DNA of 64,000 bases. Source: Botryllus schlosseri (taxonomy: Eukaryota). Shown in pieces: positions 26,735-39,792 of the stretch (position 1 is its first letter; each line of letters starts with the position of its first letter). The position numbers and the translations under genes were made by a program. The notes under the pieces were generated by a model, which was given only the letters and a program-made list of their open reading frames with translations, had not been told where the DNA came from and did no database searches. The DNA lies in contig CM119371.1 of the NCBI GenBank assembly GCA_051294905.1, forward strand, positions 20,152,001 through 20,216,000. The letters run 5' to 3'.

Positions 26735-29518
26735 CTGTATAACAAAAACTTGACGTATTAGAAGTAAACTAGAAGGATTTTTTTGGAATCAGCACACCAC
26801 AATTTGCCTAAATCAAGTGCCAAACCAGTGTTGTTAATAGGATACATTGTATGCTAAACATTATTCCTACATTATGATTGTTATATACACACGAGGACTT
26901 TCAGGTCAGGACAATTGATGCAACATATTTTATGGAACATGGGTTATCGTATTCATATGATTCCGAAATTCAGTGATCTGCTACAACCGCGCCTATTTGT
27001 GTAGTGCCTAAAGAAAATGTTGTGCCCACATCGGCTTCTAAAGTGAGAGTATAGTTACCGATGTTTCCAGAAGTCACACAATTGGAAAGCTGGAAAATGT
27101 TACCGAAGTAAAGATGCACATCTACATTGAGCGGTTTTGTAGGTCGTCGAAAATTCACGTATAGGAGGGGTTCTCAAACTTTTTGTTCTTGCGTAACCTT
27201 TGGAATAATATGTGGACGACACCCGAAACATGTATTTACGTTCATTAGAACACCACTTCGTTAGAGTGGCTGAGCTTGACGCGGCTCAACGAGGAAATTT
27301 ATTTTTGAATGTGATATGGAACGGCACACGCATGAATTATGTTCAACGGATCGTATGGCACATTAAAATCTGTTCTACATCACGAAAATGCTTGACAAAC
27401 CTTGCTTAAGAGTCGCAACTTTAGTGGAAGAGCGGACAAATAAATTAATCTCCACATTTTTAGACACTGGTGGATACGACATTACTATACTACGCTGGTC
27501 CTATTAACTATCGCCTGCTTCGCTTATTGTAGGCCTACATATGCACACGAAAAGTATTCGAGTGAATAAATTCCTACTGCAATGAATGTATAGTCCTGGC
27601 CGCAATATTCAAGTTAAGTAGCGCTAATCAATTATCTATCATTATATGCAGACGCTATGGTTCTGCTAGAAGTTGCTCGAGTAGGCCTACCGTTGAAAAT
27701 TATTTTTTAGTAAGTCTAGCTAGGAAATTCAATGGTGTTAAAAATCACGAAAATAGCGCCAAAGAGATTAAGAATGGTTAAGATACTACTAGGGCCAGGA
27801 AAGAGTTGACGTAGAAAGCAAACGAGTGAATAGTACCCAACTTGAGTGAATAGTGATCTTAAAAGCAAACTATGGGAGCGTGGAAAAATTCGAAGTGTAC
27901 GGTCAATTGCTCAGAGTACGGAGTTTTGGCAGCCCGTCTAGATAGACAGTCGATATGATTACGTGCTCGGAATCGCTATTCCCACGCTCTGTTTGTTTAT
28001 TTTGAATTGGAATAGATTATTCTCAATCGTATACTGTAGCATAGTAATACATACCGATATGATATCTTCCCACGTGCGATGCCTATACTTTGAGACGTAT
28101 TAGCGTCATGGATGATGCTCCACAGCAACATGCAAAGCAAAATGATGAATGTAGTGCCTTTGTTCATATTTAAATATGTATAGTAATGATGCCCGTGAAT
28201 ATCATCATAAAAATAATTTGTCTGTAAAAATAACAGACTGAGTTGTTCTTATACAGTAAAAATGAAACGTATAAATATTACCTATTAGTGGCCTGGTATC
28301 AGCTAGGGGGCAGTGGGGTGACCTCCCTGACTTTTGATTTCCAATTATTACCGTTTAAACACAAGATATGTACATTTTGCACTGTAATTTAACGACCAAT
28401 GCTCACTTTTTAGCAGTGCCGATGACTACTTCGAGTAGCATCGGACAGTTTTGGTGAAATCCCCCACAATGAGACAAACAATTAGGTTCAGTCCCCCCCA
28501 ACCTTCATTTAATTTTCTATTTGTATAATTGGATCGGTTCTGACAAACCAAGCCTCATATGTGTGATGAAGCGACAAGTATAGATGGTTGAATATGATTG
28601 AAGCACCATTATTCTTTTCAGTTCCCATGAACAGTTATTCATATTCCTCATCATGCGATGACACTCTTTTTAACCACCACAACAATATGTCTTTGATCGT
28701 GAGGAACAAACCCGAGTCTTTGTTCAAAGAGTAAGCTACCTCTCACAATCGAAATGTATTATGACCGTGTCCTACATGCATCGGCTTTGTTGTCAATCGT
28801 TAGGTTACAAAAAAACGTTCAACCAGTAGATGCCGAGGTTAGTCAAATTGAAATTTCGGTCATTTTCGAAATAAGAGTATTTACGGTGACCAATTTTTTC
28901 AATCCTACATGACCAAAAATCGTGTTCCAGGTATGCCTGATAACGCAGGGAAGTCTTTCCCACTTGTTTTGATCTTGGCATGGGCCTATGACGGAGTTTG
29001 GATGAGGACATCGCCGGTAACCGAAAAAAAGATCTGACAAGGATTAGCTGGAAATCAGTCCACTTCATTGAAATAGCCGCAATAAAAGGATGGTGAGAAA
29101 ATTTTTAAATAGAGTACTTTGTGCACTGAAATTAGCGACCACGAAATTTAAATGAATTGAAAAGCGAGTAGAATACTGGTAAATATATTTTTTCAAGTGA
29201 TAGTCAATATCTATATTCCTTGTCGGTCCAATGTAGATTGCTTCACGATACAATGTGATATTATATGATATTCTATCATTTGCTCTGCAGCAACACAGTC
29301 ATAAAGTCTGGATTTTAGAGTCTTTAATTGTGACGTGAACAGGGAATGGCACTGGCAATTGAATATATGGGTTAAATACGGTTATTTTCAGGAAAAAGGC
29401 TTCTGATCTGTCTTAAACAGACCTAAAACATCTCTGACCAAGTCTACATCATTATGAAGCAGTTTTACGGTCGGCGGACATTATCATCACAACATCCATT
29501 CCGTTCCGAGTATCTACA

Positions 29519-29960
29519 ACAGGGGTTCCTAACCCACGGCCCGCAGATGGTTATTGTGCGGCCCGCGACGTCTTTCATATGCATATGAATGCAATTACTA
29601 CTAGCACTGTATTGTTACATATTAATTGTATTTGTAATTGGAATCGACTACTCATTCTTTGTTGTGTTCTAGTTTCTTGATATATGCTCGAGTTGATTTG
29701 TTATTGTTTTGAATCGGTATTCAGCTGGACTGTTGCTCCAAGAGATTCCCGCTGTTGTGTAGTACATTTTTAAAGAGTATTTCACTCATCGCGAATTGTT
29801 TGAACAGAAACAAGAACAAGGAACGGGACATTATTCAGCGAAAACTGGGTTTGCTTTCTCAGATATTAATGGAAAACCGATGTGGCATGTTTGTCGAAAA
29901 ACAGTTGTTGCAACGAAGCGTAGAATCTTAAAATGATGCCACAACAGTTTCATCTGTATA
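29519..29960 (+). mobile_element. hAT 5' end with decayed BED-finger coding remnant
   Basis: CAGGGGTTCCTAACCCACGGCCCGC end; downstream remnant resembles F..INGKP.C.VC.K.....K..NL...H. Confidence 0.45.
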
Positions 29961-30312
29961 CACTGTTAAAAATATTCCATGCCAAATTACTGGTCTGGTC
30001 CTGGCAGCAGTTTTACGACTCTGAGACCGGTAAATTTGAAAAATATTTTCCCGTAAGTAATATTGACCGTAATTTATTTTCACAAAGACTGACTGTTAAA
30101 ATTTTACGGAAAATTCCCGTTACCTGACGTAAAGGAAAACGGCTGTAATACCAAGTTACTGGTCTGGTCCAGTGCAGCAGTTTTACACTGATGAGACCAG
30201 TAAATTCGAAATAACTCTCCCCGTAATATGATTTTACATATGCTGACCGTAGGAAGTTTTACGGAAAATTTCCGTAACTAAAGGTTACAGAAATCTGCTG
30301 TAACATCAATAT

Positions 30313-31271
30313 TAGGGATGGTGTGAACCTCTGAAAGGTTCAGGTTCGTGTGAACGTGAACCTTTTTGAAAAGTTCTGTGTGAACACGAACGTGAACCTC
30401 ATGACGTCACGTGACGTCATATTGCTAATTTCAACCCCATATTTCAATTAAGTGATTGCCTATATTAATCTACAGTACACGATACCGAGCGACGACTCGG
30501 GGCCACATAATAGCTCAGTACTTGAGTACATATTGACGTTTTAAACGTCGCCAAATGTATCAACTGAGGCAATCAAATGATATAATGATCCCATAAAATC
30601 AGTATCTTGCGTCGCTTTGCCAACAATTTCGACCTGATCGGACAATGTATTCGGCGTCTGAGTATTGCCACATGGATATTGAGCAGAGTGTAAAATGGGT
30701 TTCTATACTTGCTACCGATATTACCCCATTAACAAGTTATACAGCAGTATAGCCAATACCCCAGTCGCACGGATTTGGTTTTTATGATACAGTATACGTA
30801 TGTAGTCAAGATTGACCCCGTACGCCTGCTAGATTTTTACATCAGAAGACGATATCAATCTCATTGATTGGTTGAATAAGGATCATTCGCTGACAAAATA
30901 CAGTGTATTTCGCTCTTAATGTCATGGGATTGCGGGTCAAGCTCACAGCACAGAGACACTAAATATGCACAAACGGAAAGCTGGATATTTTGAGCAAACT
31001 TTTGTAACAATACAAGTAAATTTTTTGAGATTGTCAAGGGCATGCTCGTTTAGTGTTGAATGTTTATGCTGCTAGCTCCATGCATAGAGTGGCCCGCAGT
31101 TGAAAGTCAATAAATTTGAACCAAAGATGTTATAACGAAGTGAAAATTGCAATATATGAAAAAGGTTCACAGTGCAGAACCTACCAAGGTTCTGTTGTGA
31201 ACCCGAACCTCAAATTTTCCGAGGTTCACACACAGAACGCGAACGTGAACCTCGCGTTCACACCATCCCTA
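30313..31271. mobile_element. Non-autonomous hAT-like element with GTGAAC subterminal repeats
   Basis: TIR TAGGGATGGTGTGAAC; TSD ATCAATAT on both sides. Confidence 0.92.
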
Positions 31272-31512
31272 ATCAATATACTCGTCTGGTCCCTTGCAGC
31301 AGTTTTACGTTCCTGAGACTAGTAAATTTGAATCAGGTTTATTTGGTGCGGGAACACGTAAAAAAAAGTAAGTGTGGATAATGACGAAAATCCAGTCTTT
31401 CTTGTGAAGATCATCGGTCAGCAACTGCCTGAATGAAGAGGGCTTCATCAAACTTCAGCAGCAGTTGAAGGACTGTGCTTTGGGCCATGCTCTTTTGTAG
31501 GTTCTTCTATAA

Positions 31513-31682
31513 CAGTGGTTCCCAACGTGGGCGATATCGCCCCCCAGGGGGCGATTTGGCGATCTAGGGGGGCGAAAATGACGAAGGGGGCGATAGGGGG
31601 GCGAAAATGGACAAAGGGGGCGACGGGGGGCGAAAATAGCGAAGGGGGCGATAGGGGGGCGATGACGCGTCAAAACGGCTGA

Positions 31683-31720
<38 letters not shown>

Positions 31721-31840
31721 TCAACTCGCCGGTGATTACAGTCTGTATGCCCAATTATCGGTGCACAAAATTTTGGGGGGCGATGATTGGTGTTGACCTT
31801 GAAAAGGGGGCGATGGGTCGAAAAAGGTTGGGAACCACTG
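31513..31840. mobile_element. MITE with GGGGGCG tandem repeats and a long poly-T
   Basis: TIR CAGTGGTTCCCAAC; TSD not conserved. Confidence 0.75.
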
Positions 31841-32595
31841 CTTTAGTGTGTTTATTATGGCTGTGTAGGTTGTATTTCTTTGTAAATGCAGACCAGTTAA
31901 AAAGCGGTTTTCTGCGATAAATTACAATGATAGCTGACGAGAGAGAGTGAGCATCGGAGCCACAGGATGATGAGGTTCTCGCTTTACATCCTGGATACTT
32001 GTCATTCCATATCGAGCTGTAACCAAATCCAGAAACTCGACATCAAATGCATCAAACGCATCATTGCCACTTGAAACAGGATTAATGCGATCACATGACA
32101 TTAGTGTAACAGTGATCCAATAATCGTGTCGTGTGTGCAGGAATCACCAACACGTCCTGCTACCTGCATGCTATATTGCCCCGTCTCCCATTGTCCCAGT
32201 AATTTACTGATAGTTGTAACCGGGTTACCATTTCGGAAGGTAACAGTTTCAAATTCAAATGTTCAAATTGAGGTATCGTCAAGGATTCACTTTGACGAAG
32301 TGACAAACGTTACGTCACTTAACCCTGGATGATAATTCGGAAAGGACAAAAGCTTGCCATACGTGATCCGCGTAAGCAGTGTCTTACAAACTCCCAGAAC
32401 AAAAGTGGGCCGTGCTACAAGTCAGCAGATCAGGAATCATATTAAGAAATACCGGCCAGTTGTAAATGACCATATAGCAGTCGAAACACCATGGATACCA
32501 AAAACAACATGAACAAAACCATTGACTACGCCCCTGAATTCGAGCAGCTCCACTAAGACGAGGCAGTATATATGAGTTTCACTGCCCATTGAGCG

Positions 32596-33663
32596 CTACA
32601 CGGGAATATCATCCAGGTTCGCGTTTAAAATTATATCTTTAACAACGTCAAATACAACTCGAATATTTTTCGTGTCCGTCGCGCATGTCGCGTGATGATA
32701 TATAGCCCCATAATGTTCTGTTCGTGATTGTATAAATTTATCACGAATGAAATTTCGGGCATGCGGCACGCTTCTTCGCTCTCCCATATAGTCAGGGAAA
32801 TAGTCTGCGAGATCTGTCACCATAATTTTCTCCTCAAACAGATCTTTTTTGTTTAGAAACAATATCACTGAAGTGTTCCTGAAGTATTGATGTCCAATGA
32901 TTGTCTCGAAAAGGGCTATGCTTTCGGCCAGGCGGTTAACATGTTGAGACTCCGACAGTACCTGATCGTATTCACTTAACGCTGCTAGAAACAATATCGA
33001 AGTCACGTCCTCAAAGCAATGAATCCATTTCCGCCTCTCCGATCTTTGGCCCCCAACATCTATCATTCTGAAAATAACAGAATTAAGTTTAAAAGTGTAT
33101 TCGTATATTCCCGTGGTCGGTACTCTGACACGTAAGATATCTTGCAGCGTCGGTATATAATCAACTGTCCTTATCCTATCAAGGTCGTTGAGGTAATATG
33201 CTGCTGAGTCTGACAGTTGATATTCATTCCTTCGGCCATAGCATTCCTGCATTCCTTGATCATTCCACAACGAGTGTATCGCTTCTACGTGGTGAGCAAA
33301 CTGATCATGTGTTCGAACATCGCGTGTATCCAGAGCGACCAATACATTTGCATGCGAGACATTGTCTGGGTCCGCGTATCTAATCTGCAGAGTGGACATA
33401 GCCTGTATCAGATTTTCAACGGCGGCGTAAATGTCGGAATGAATCAAATGTGTAAATTCACAGCGCTCGGTATCACTGTATCCTTTCCCATGAATGATGC
33501 GCATTTGTTTGACAAATGTACTTTTTCCACTCTCTCCAGTACCTAGCATAAGTAGTTTAAGTTGTCTTCTGGCTTCATTTTTCGTATCCCGTAATTCATT
33601 TTCAATCCTTGAGTTTATCCGTCTCCTCTTCTTTTGTTCTTGCGTTAGACAGCAGATATTCAT
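32596..33663 (-). CDS. GNAQ: Heterotrimeric G protein alpha subunit, Gq class, intronless
   Basis: 355 aa; [46 protein letters not shown]-terminal CC palmitoylation motif. The symbol denotes the Gq family, not proven orthology. Confidence 0.95.
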   Translation of the reverse strand: MNICCLTQEQKKRRRINSRIENELRDTKNEARRQLKLLMLGTGESGKSTFVKQMRIIHGKGYSDTERCEFTHLIHSDIYAAVENLIQAMSTLQIRYADPDNVSHANVLVALDTRDVRTHDQFAHHVEAIHSLWNDQGMQECYGRRNEYQLSDSAAYYLNDLDRIRTVDYIPTLQDILRVRVPTTGIYEYTFKLNSVIFRMIDVGGQRSERRKWIHCFEDVTSILFLAALSEYDQVLSESQHVNRLAESIALFETIIGHQYFRNTSVILFLNKKDLFEEKIMVTDLADYFPDYMGERRSVPHARNFIRDKFIQSRTEHYGAIYHHATCATDTKNIRVVFDVVKDIILNANLDDIPV

Positions 33664-33908
33664 TCTATTCCAGAATATCTACTAGGCGTTTCGATTGGTC
33701 ACGTTTATATCTGCCACATGAATATGTTTTAAAGATAGGTGTGATCGCTTGAACTGTTAGCCTATACGCTGTCTCAACTGCACAATGAAACCATTATATG
33801 CTGTGATGTTGCATCAGGCAACCCAATCGCCAAAGGCGCTAGTCAGAACTTACTTAATAAATCAATAGGCCTAACACAGGTCGCACGCGTTTTAGTGACA
33901 GTTTATGC

Positions 33909-34421
33909 CAGGGACGGGCAACATACGACCCGCGGAGAGTTTCTAGCCTGAGAGTGAAATTCTATGCTGAAAGTATTGTCAAATTTTATGCGTCTCAAAA
34001 TGAATCCATGTTTTTCGACCTATGGGAAAGAGGGACATGAAACTACTTGCTCTGTTCGAGTGCACATATATTTCCGACCATGAACGTTAACGAGACAACG
34101 CTGCGTTCCAATATAACTGATATTTACATGCAGTCTTTACCAAGGGTTTCTAAATACAACATGCAGTCAGAGTTCAAAGAACTTGTTGTCAACTCTGACC
34201 GGCCACAGATGGCCACTTCAACAGCTACTGTTAATAAATTAGTTAAATAGGCTACTGTTTTTGGTCTCTATGCTTTAAACTTAAAGTTTACGTTAAATAC
34301 GATTTATTCCATATATATAGGTGGGTAAATACGCGACTAATGTATACATACTGTAATCCGGCCCGCCAAGTGCTTCATTTTCCCATATCAGGCCGCCGAC
34401 CGGAGAAGTTGCCCGCCCCTG
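33909..34421 (+). mobile_element. hAT deletion derivative retaining the transposase C-terminus; relatives at ~34980-35417 and ~10230-10820 (minus strand)
   Basis: CAGGGACGGGCAAC...GTTGCCCGCCCCTG; TSD GTTTATGC; remnant F.TMNVN.T..RSNITD..MQSL.RVS...FKELV. Confidence 0.85.
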
Positions 34422-36443
34422 GTTTATGCTGTCTGGCATTCTGTAGTGGCCTTGTGCCTAATAGTTAGAGTGTTTTTTTCTTTACGAGTCAAGTCTCAGC
34501 CATGACTTTTCTAAAATCTGATTTATCGAATAATATATGTTAAATCCGGACCATGATGCTGACAGGATATTTGACTTTGTGTGGTATTTAGTTGCAATTA
34601 AAAAAATGGAAATATTAAAACTATTCCATTCACAGGCAGGCCTAATTATAAATAATAATTATATATCTGAGCTGTACGCCGTTTCACCATGGACCACAAT
34701 ACCACAGAAAACACTAGGTTGAACAAAGCGGAAATCTGGAAATTCTCAAATCGGCACAGTAGCCTATCATTGATAATATTCATCAAATCTAGTGTGATAT
34801 GGTTATCGTAACAGTGCAAGAGTCAAAATAACCTTCAAGCAATCCTAGCCATTTATGTATTTAAATAGATATCGCATTATTTTCATTGCCGTCATTGATT
34901 AAAACAAGATCACAAAGCAATACGGACTGTTGCAGGCGCACGAGAGTCCACGACTACTGTGTTACAGTTAAGGAATATATCATATTTAATATAAACGTCA
35001 AGTTTAAAGCGCAGAGACCGAAATCAATGTATTTCAATAACTGTTGACGTCAATCAGACATCTGTGGTCGATCAATATTGTCAACAAGTTCTTTGAAATC
35101 TGGCTGCATGTCGGGTGTAGAAACCCTTACCAAAGACTGCACGTGCACGTGAACATCAGTAAGACTCGAACACAGCATTGTCTTGGTAATATTCATGGTT
35201 AGAAATGTGCTCGCATATGTATGTGGACCCGAACAGAACAAGTAGTTTCATGACCATCTTTCTCAGGTTGGCAAACTTGATTTCATGCTGTGACGCATAA
35301 AATTTGTGAATTCTTTCAGATTAGAATTTCACTTTCACGGTAGAAACTCCCTGCAGGCCGCTCAAAATTCGTTCGCGGGACGGACCCGGCCCGCGGGCCG
35401 TATGTTGCCCGCCCCTGCAGTATATAAACTAAATTTATATCCTTTCATTTCTATCCCTTGTAAATTTGTCGGATTACAATAATTAGTTAACGAAATAAAC
35501 GCAACTTTTCAGGCAGACATCATCATCATTACTTGTATTCAAGACAAATATACACAGCATAGATACGACAGTAAGCTATCGACGGTATCCTATGCCCATC
35601 TCATGGCTTCCACTTGGCTTCTATTTTGGCTGTTCTAACTTGAATGTGAACTAGCGATCGGCAAACAGTATTAGGTAACACTTGGAAACATAACGAGTAA
35701 TTAATCGTCGGCACAACACAAAGTTGATTTCACCTAATGGTGAATAAAGACATATAGAATATCCGTCTTCAGAAGCACTACAAAAGATCACAAGTCATTG
35801 CGCTTGAGTAAATATTCAAGAAATATATAGTGGAAACCAAATAAAGACCCAACTTATCCCAATTCCCGGTTCCTTCAATGTTGACATCAACCAAACACAC
35901 ATTGTTTGTGTTCAATGAGATGGCATTATATTGACATTCAAAAGGGCGGGCCGTTAGTCGATTGTCAATTTCCATAGTTTCAAATAGGAAGAGGTTTATT
36001 ATTCCAAGGCTATGGTATAAGTAGAACTGTTCCTTGTGTGGAGTAAACCCTCTGTCAACTTACTTCGGAATGCCCATCTTGGTATGATGGAATATCTCAC
36101 AGCAATCTTCAATACACTAGAACCAAATGAGTACAAGATGTCCGTATAATGGATATTTACCGGTAAATGTAACACCACGGCAATATTGAAGTCTTTGAAT
36201 TGATTATAATGAAGTTGAAATACTCAATTCCGGAAAACTAAATCCATTATTACAATTTTGTCACAGAAAATGATGAACGTTTGGACAATACTTAGAAAAC
36301 TGGTGTGTATTTCTTGAGCCGGAATGCAGTTTTAAGCTTTAAGATCGCTGTAATTCAAAAGCATCATCAGCGTATCAAGGTTCATTCCCCGGGAGTTTGG
36401 CGCTTATCGATAATTCTGCCAGAGTAGGATAATGCATCGTCAT

Positions 36444-37054
36444 CAGTGATGAGCATCGGAGCGGAGTCGGAGTGTATTCGGAGCGGAGTTTTGCCGATTT
36501 CGTGAAAGTCGGATTGGAGTCGGAGTTTACTAAAGATATTTTTCGGAGATTTTCGGAGTGTTGTAACTGTTATTCCCGATATCTTTGTACAGGGATATCT
36601 AGTCTAGATATCCCTGTCTTTGGGTAGCAAACCAAAACACAGACAGTTGACACCTTGTAAAAATGTAATATGGCGGGTAACATGCAAAAATGATTGCCAA
36701 TTGCATAAAAATCAGCCATCTGCACTGCAATTGAGGACTGGAGAGTAGACAATACCATAGGGCCAACCATCACATTTATGTAGTAAAACACATTACCAAG
36801 TGTACCATGATTGCCACTCTAATGATATGGTTAAAATGGTATGATTGGCCACGAGCTATCTTAACCTAGTGATCTAGCAGGGCATTTTCGTTGAGCAGTG
36901 TCTGTAGTGTCCGATGTTTTGGATACTTGACGAGATTGTTCGGAGTATCTCAGAGTCTCGGATTGAGCTCTTCGGAGTCGGAGGGAGTTTTCCTCAGACA
37001 CTAAAGTTGTCGGAGGGATTCGCAGTCTCGAAAAGCACTATCTGCTCATCACTG
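36444..37054. mobile_element. hAT-like MITE with GGAGTC subterminal repeats
   Basis: TIR CAGTGATGAGCA; TSD ATCGTCAT on both sides. Confidence 0.9.
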
Positions 37055-37315
37055 ATCGTCATACAAGAGTAGTATATTGTTAGGGTACAGTGATGATTAT
37101 TAACAGGGATATCTAGAACTCCAGATAGCCCTGATCTCCACACTCAAATACGACACAAATAAAAATAACAGCACCACAAGTTATTCTTGTGAGAAAATAG
37201 TATATGATGTCCACCATAAATAGGCCATGTCATTGAAATAAATATTCACGTGAAACTATATCACAAGTAGACTAAGTCGATATCTTTTTATTGTCAAAAA
37301 ATTCAATAATATAGC

Positions 37316-37754
37316 TAGGGTTGCATTTAAAACAAAAATCAGTTTAAAACAAACATGTTTAAAGCAAGACCCTAATTTAAAACATGTGTTTTATTATTTT
37401 TTATGTTTTTTTAAAGCCATGACGTCACGAAGATTCAATTGTGACGTCGTAGTGGGTTGACATTGACAATTTAACATATAGGGTGAAAATAGCTCCTTGG
37501 ACGAAATACATGTACTATTTCTGTTGAACAGACTATTTTGAGGGTTCCAACCATACCATATCGATAAACGTCGGTAATGTCGGGTTGAAATTGTCCGTAG
37601 GCTCATGCCACATGTTTTTTGTAAGGTATTTACACAATTATGGCATAATTTTATAACTTGAGAAAAATTTTTTTTTAAAAAGCTCATTTTTTATGTTTAA
37701 AACATGATCAAAACAAAGTGTTTTAAAACGCCGTTTGTTTTAAATGCAACCCTA
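37316..37754. mobile_element. MITE
   Basis: 21-bp TIR TAGGGTTGCATTTAAAACAAA; degenerate 8-bp TSD (AATATAGC/ATTGTAGC). Confidence 0.8.
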
Positions 37755-38497
37755 ATTGTAGCGTTAGCTCAAAAATGTGTCCAAATTGTTTACAAAGCAA
37801 AATATAGCCCGTTGTCAACATAGTATGAACTATAACGATTACCTGGAATAGGCTGTGATGGAGTGATAATCAAAACACATAAAACATGTGACGTTTATAG
37901 TAAGTATTGGCAGTTTGCAGCATCCTCATATCTTATAAGTGTAAGACTCAAAATGATTTGAGGATCGTATGGATGAGTCACACACCTTGGCACGGAGCGG
38001 ACATAGCAATGAAGTGCCTGGTGTTGTTAGTCCATGCCGATAGAACAGCGACGCTTGCAGCCACTGGTATGGGTGTCATATTGCAGTTGATATTGGTAAG
38101 ATATCACAAACTAATGGTACGAACGAACTTCGGTAGGATGGGTGTCAGTCTACATTATAGATGGTACATGAGAATAGTCAAGTCGACCCGAAGCTTAATA
38201 CTAGATTCAGAAACAAATCTATCAGATACTTGATTTTAACCAGCCATAGCACGGAATCGAATGATCGTCTAATTGCGTCCGAAATATAGCAAGTGGTTTA
38301 ATATGTGATAATTCGTGTACCAAAGTGTGCCGTCGACGAGGCGAATGGGATGAAATCTAATATAAATGACCATTGAATCTAACTCATTTTGTGAGAATAT
38401 TTCTACAAACTTAGCTATGCTATGTTGAATACTTCACACAATCAAGTAGCGTTCCACATAAAAAAGCAAGCGGGCTCGCAACTTAATACCTAATTGG

Positions 38498-38926
38498 CGC
38501 GGATGGTGTGAACGTGAGGTTCACGTTCGCGTTCTGTCTGTGTGAACCTCAGAAATCAAGAGGTTCACGTTCACAAACGAATCTTGGTAGGTTCTACACT
38601 GTTAACCTTTTTCATATCGTACAATTTTCACTTCATTATAGCATCTTTGTATGAAATGTATTGCATGCCAACTACACGCCACTCTATATGCATGGCGGTG
38701 GCACCATAAAAAAATCATCACCAAACGAGCATGCACCTGCTTTGTTACAAAAACTTGTTGCCCGAGTTGATAAATTTAGCGACGTTTATAACGTCAATAT
38801 AGGGTTGGAAGTAGCAATATGACGTCACGTGACGTCATGAGTTTCACATTCGCGTTCACACAGAACCTTTCGAAAAGGTTCGCGTTCACACGATCCTGAA
38901 CCTTTCAGAGGTTCACACCATTCCTA
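38498..38926. mobile_element. Shorter inverted copy of the 30313-31271 family (another at ~63266-63820)
   Basis: Shared sequence with the 30313 element; TSD CTAATTGG on both sides. Confidence 0.85.
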
Positions 38927-39792
38927 CTAATTGGCTACTGATAAGTGTTTGTGTGTTTCTTGCCTTTCTATGATCTGTCGTTCAATTGTTTTAACGTTCA
39001 AGTTCAACAATGATCTGTGCACTGAAAATATGTCAGCCCACCTGTTTCTGAGACGCCATACACCGCTGTCGAATTATTAAACTACAAAAAAGCAAATTTT
39101 GCGAAGGCTCAACTCGGGCAATCGTGATTTGTGATAATTCTCCTGATATGCGGGTCTGGGAGGATTACGGCACGTGTTGTGGTCACAGAACGTGAAAGCG
39201 CAACTTGAAAGCGCGACTTGAGAGCGTGACGTTCAGCTCTCCGTCGCGAGTGCAGTAGCACCAGCCATGTCGATCTGGATTGCGTGATTGACGCACGTGT
39301 AAGAAATAGAATCGAAGTTGGTCGTTGAAGAAGTTAGAATATATGAATTATAAGGAAATTGTTAGGTTTTTTATATAAATTGCAGTCTACGCTATATGTT
39401 CGGGGTTTATTGGATCATTTTTAATTTAATTACTAATTAACTCTGGTAAATGCAAGCAAGTTTCTGCCGGCTTATTACTAGTGTGTGCCTTTTCGGGTTG
39501 CCGCATCGATTTCTAACGCACTGTCGTCTATACTCCATCGTAGATCACGCCTCTTCAGCAATAGCTAAATTACTGCTACTGGCGTAAACTATTTCCCGTT
39601 GGGTGTACAATATATGGATGCATCTATTTATTACGTTATTTTAATGTATTAGCATGTTTCTAGGCCACGGTTGGAGTTGAGCGGGGTTTTGGGATGGTAC
39701 TTGACTATGCACCATGTCGTTTCGATTACCTCCATTCTTGTACATGTATCACAATTCTAATGGTATTTTGGATCTACAAAAATATTCAAACG

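Noticed and set aside
31455..31754. Lys/Pro/Arg-rich ORF
   Set aside because: It is the translation of the poly-T and G-rich repeats of a MITE.
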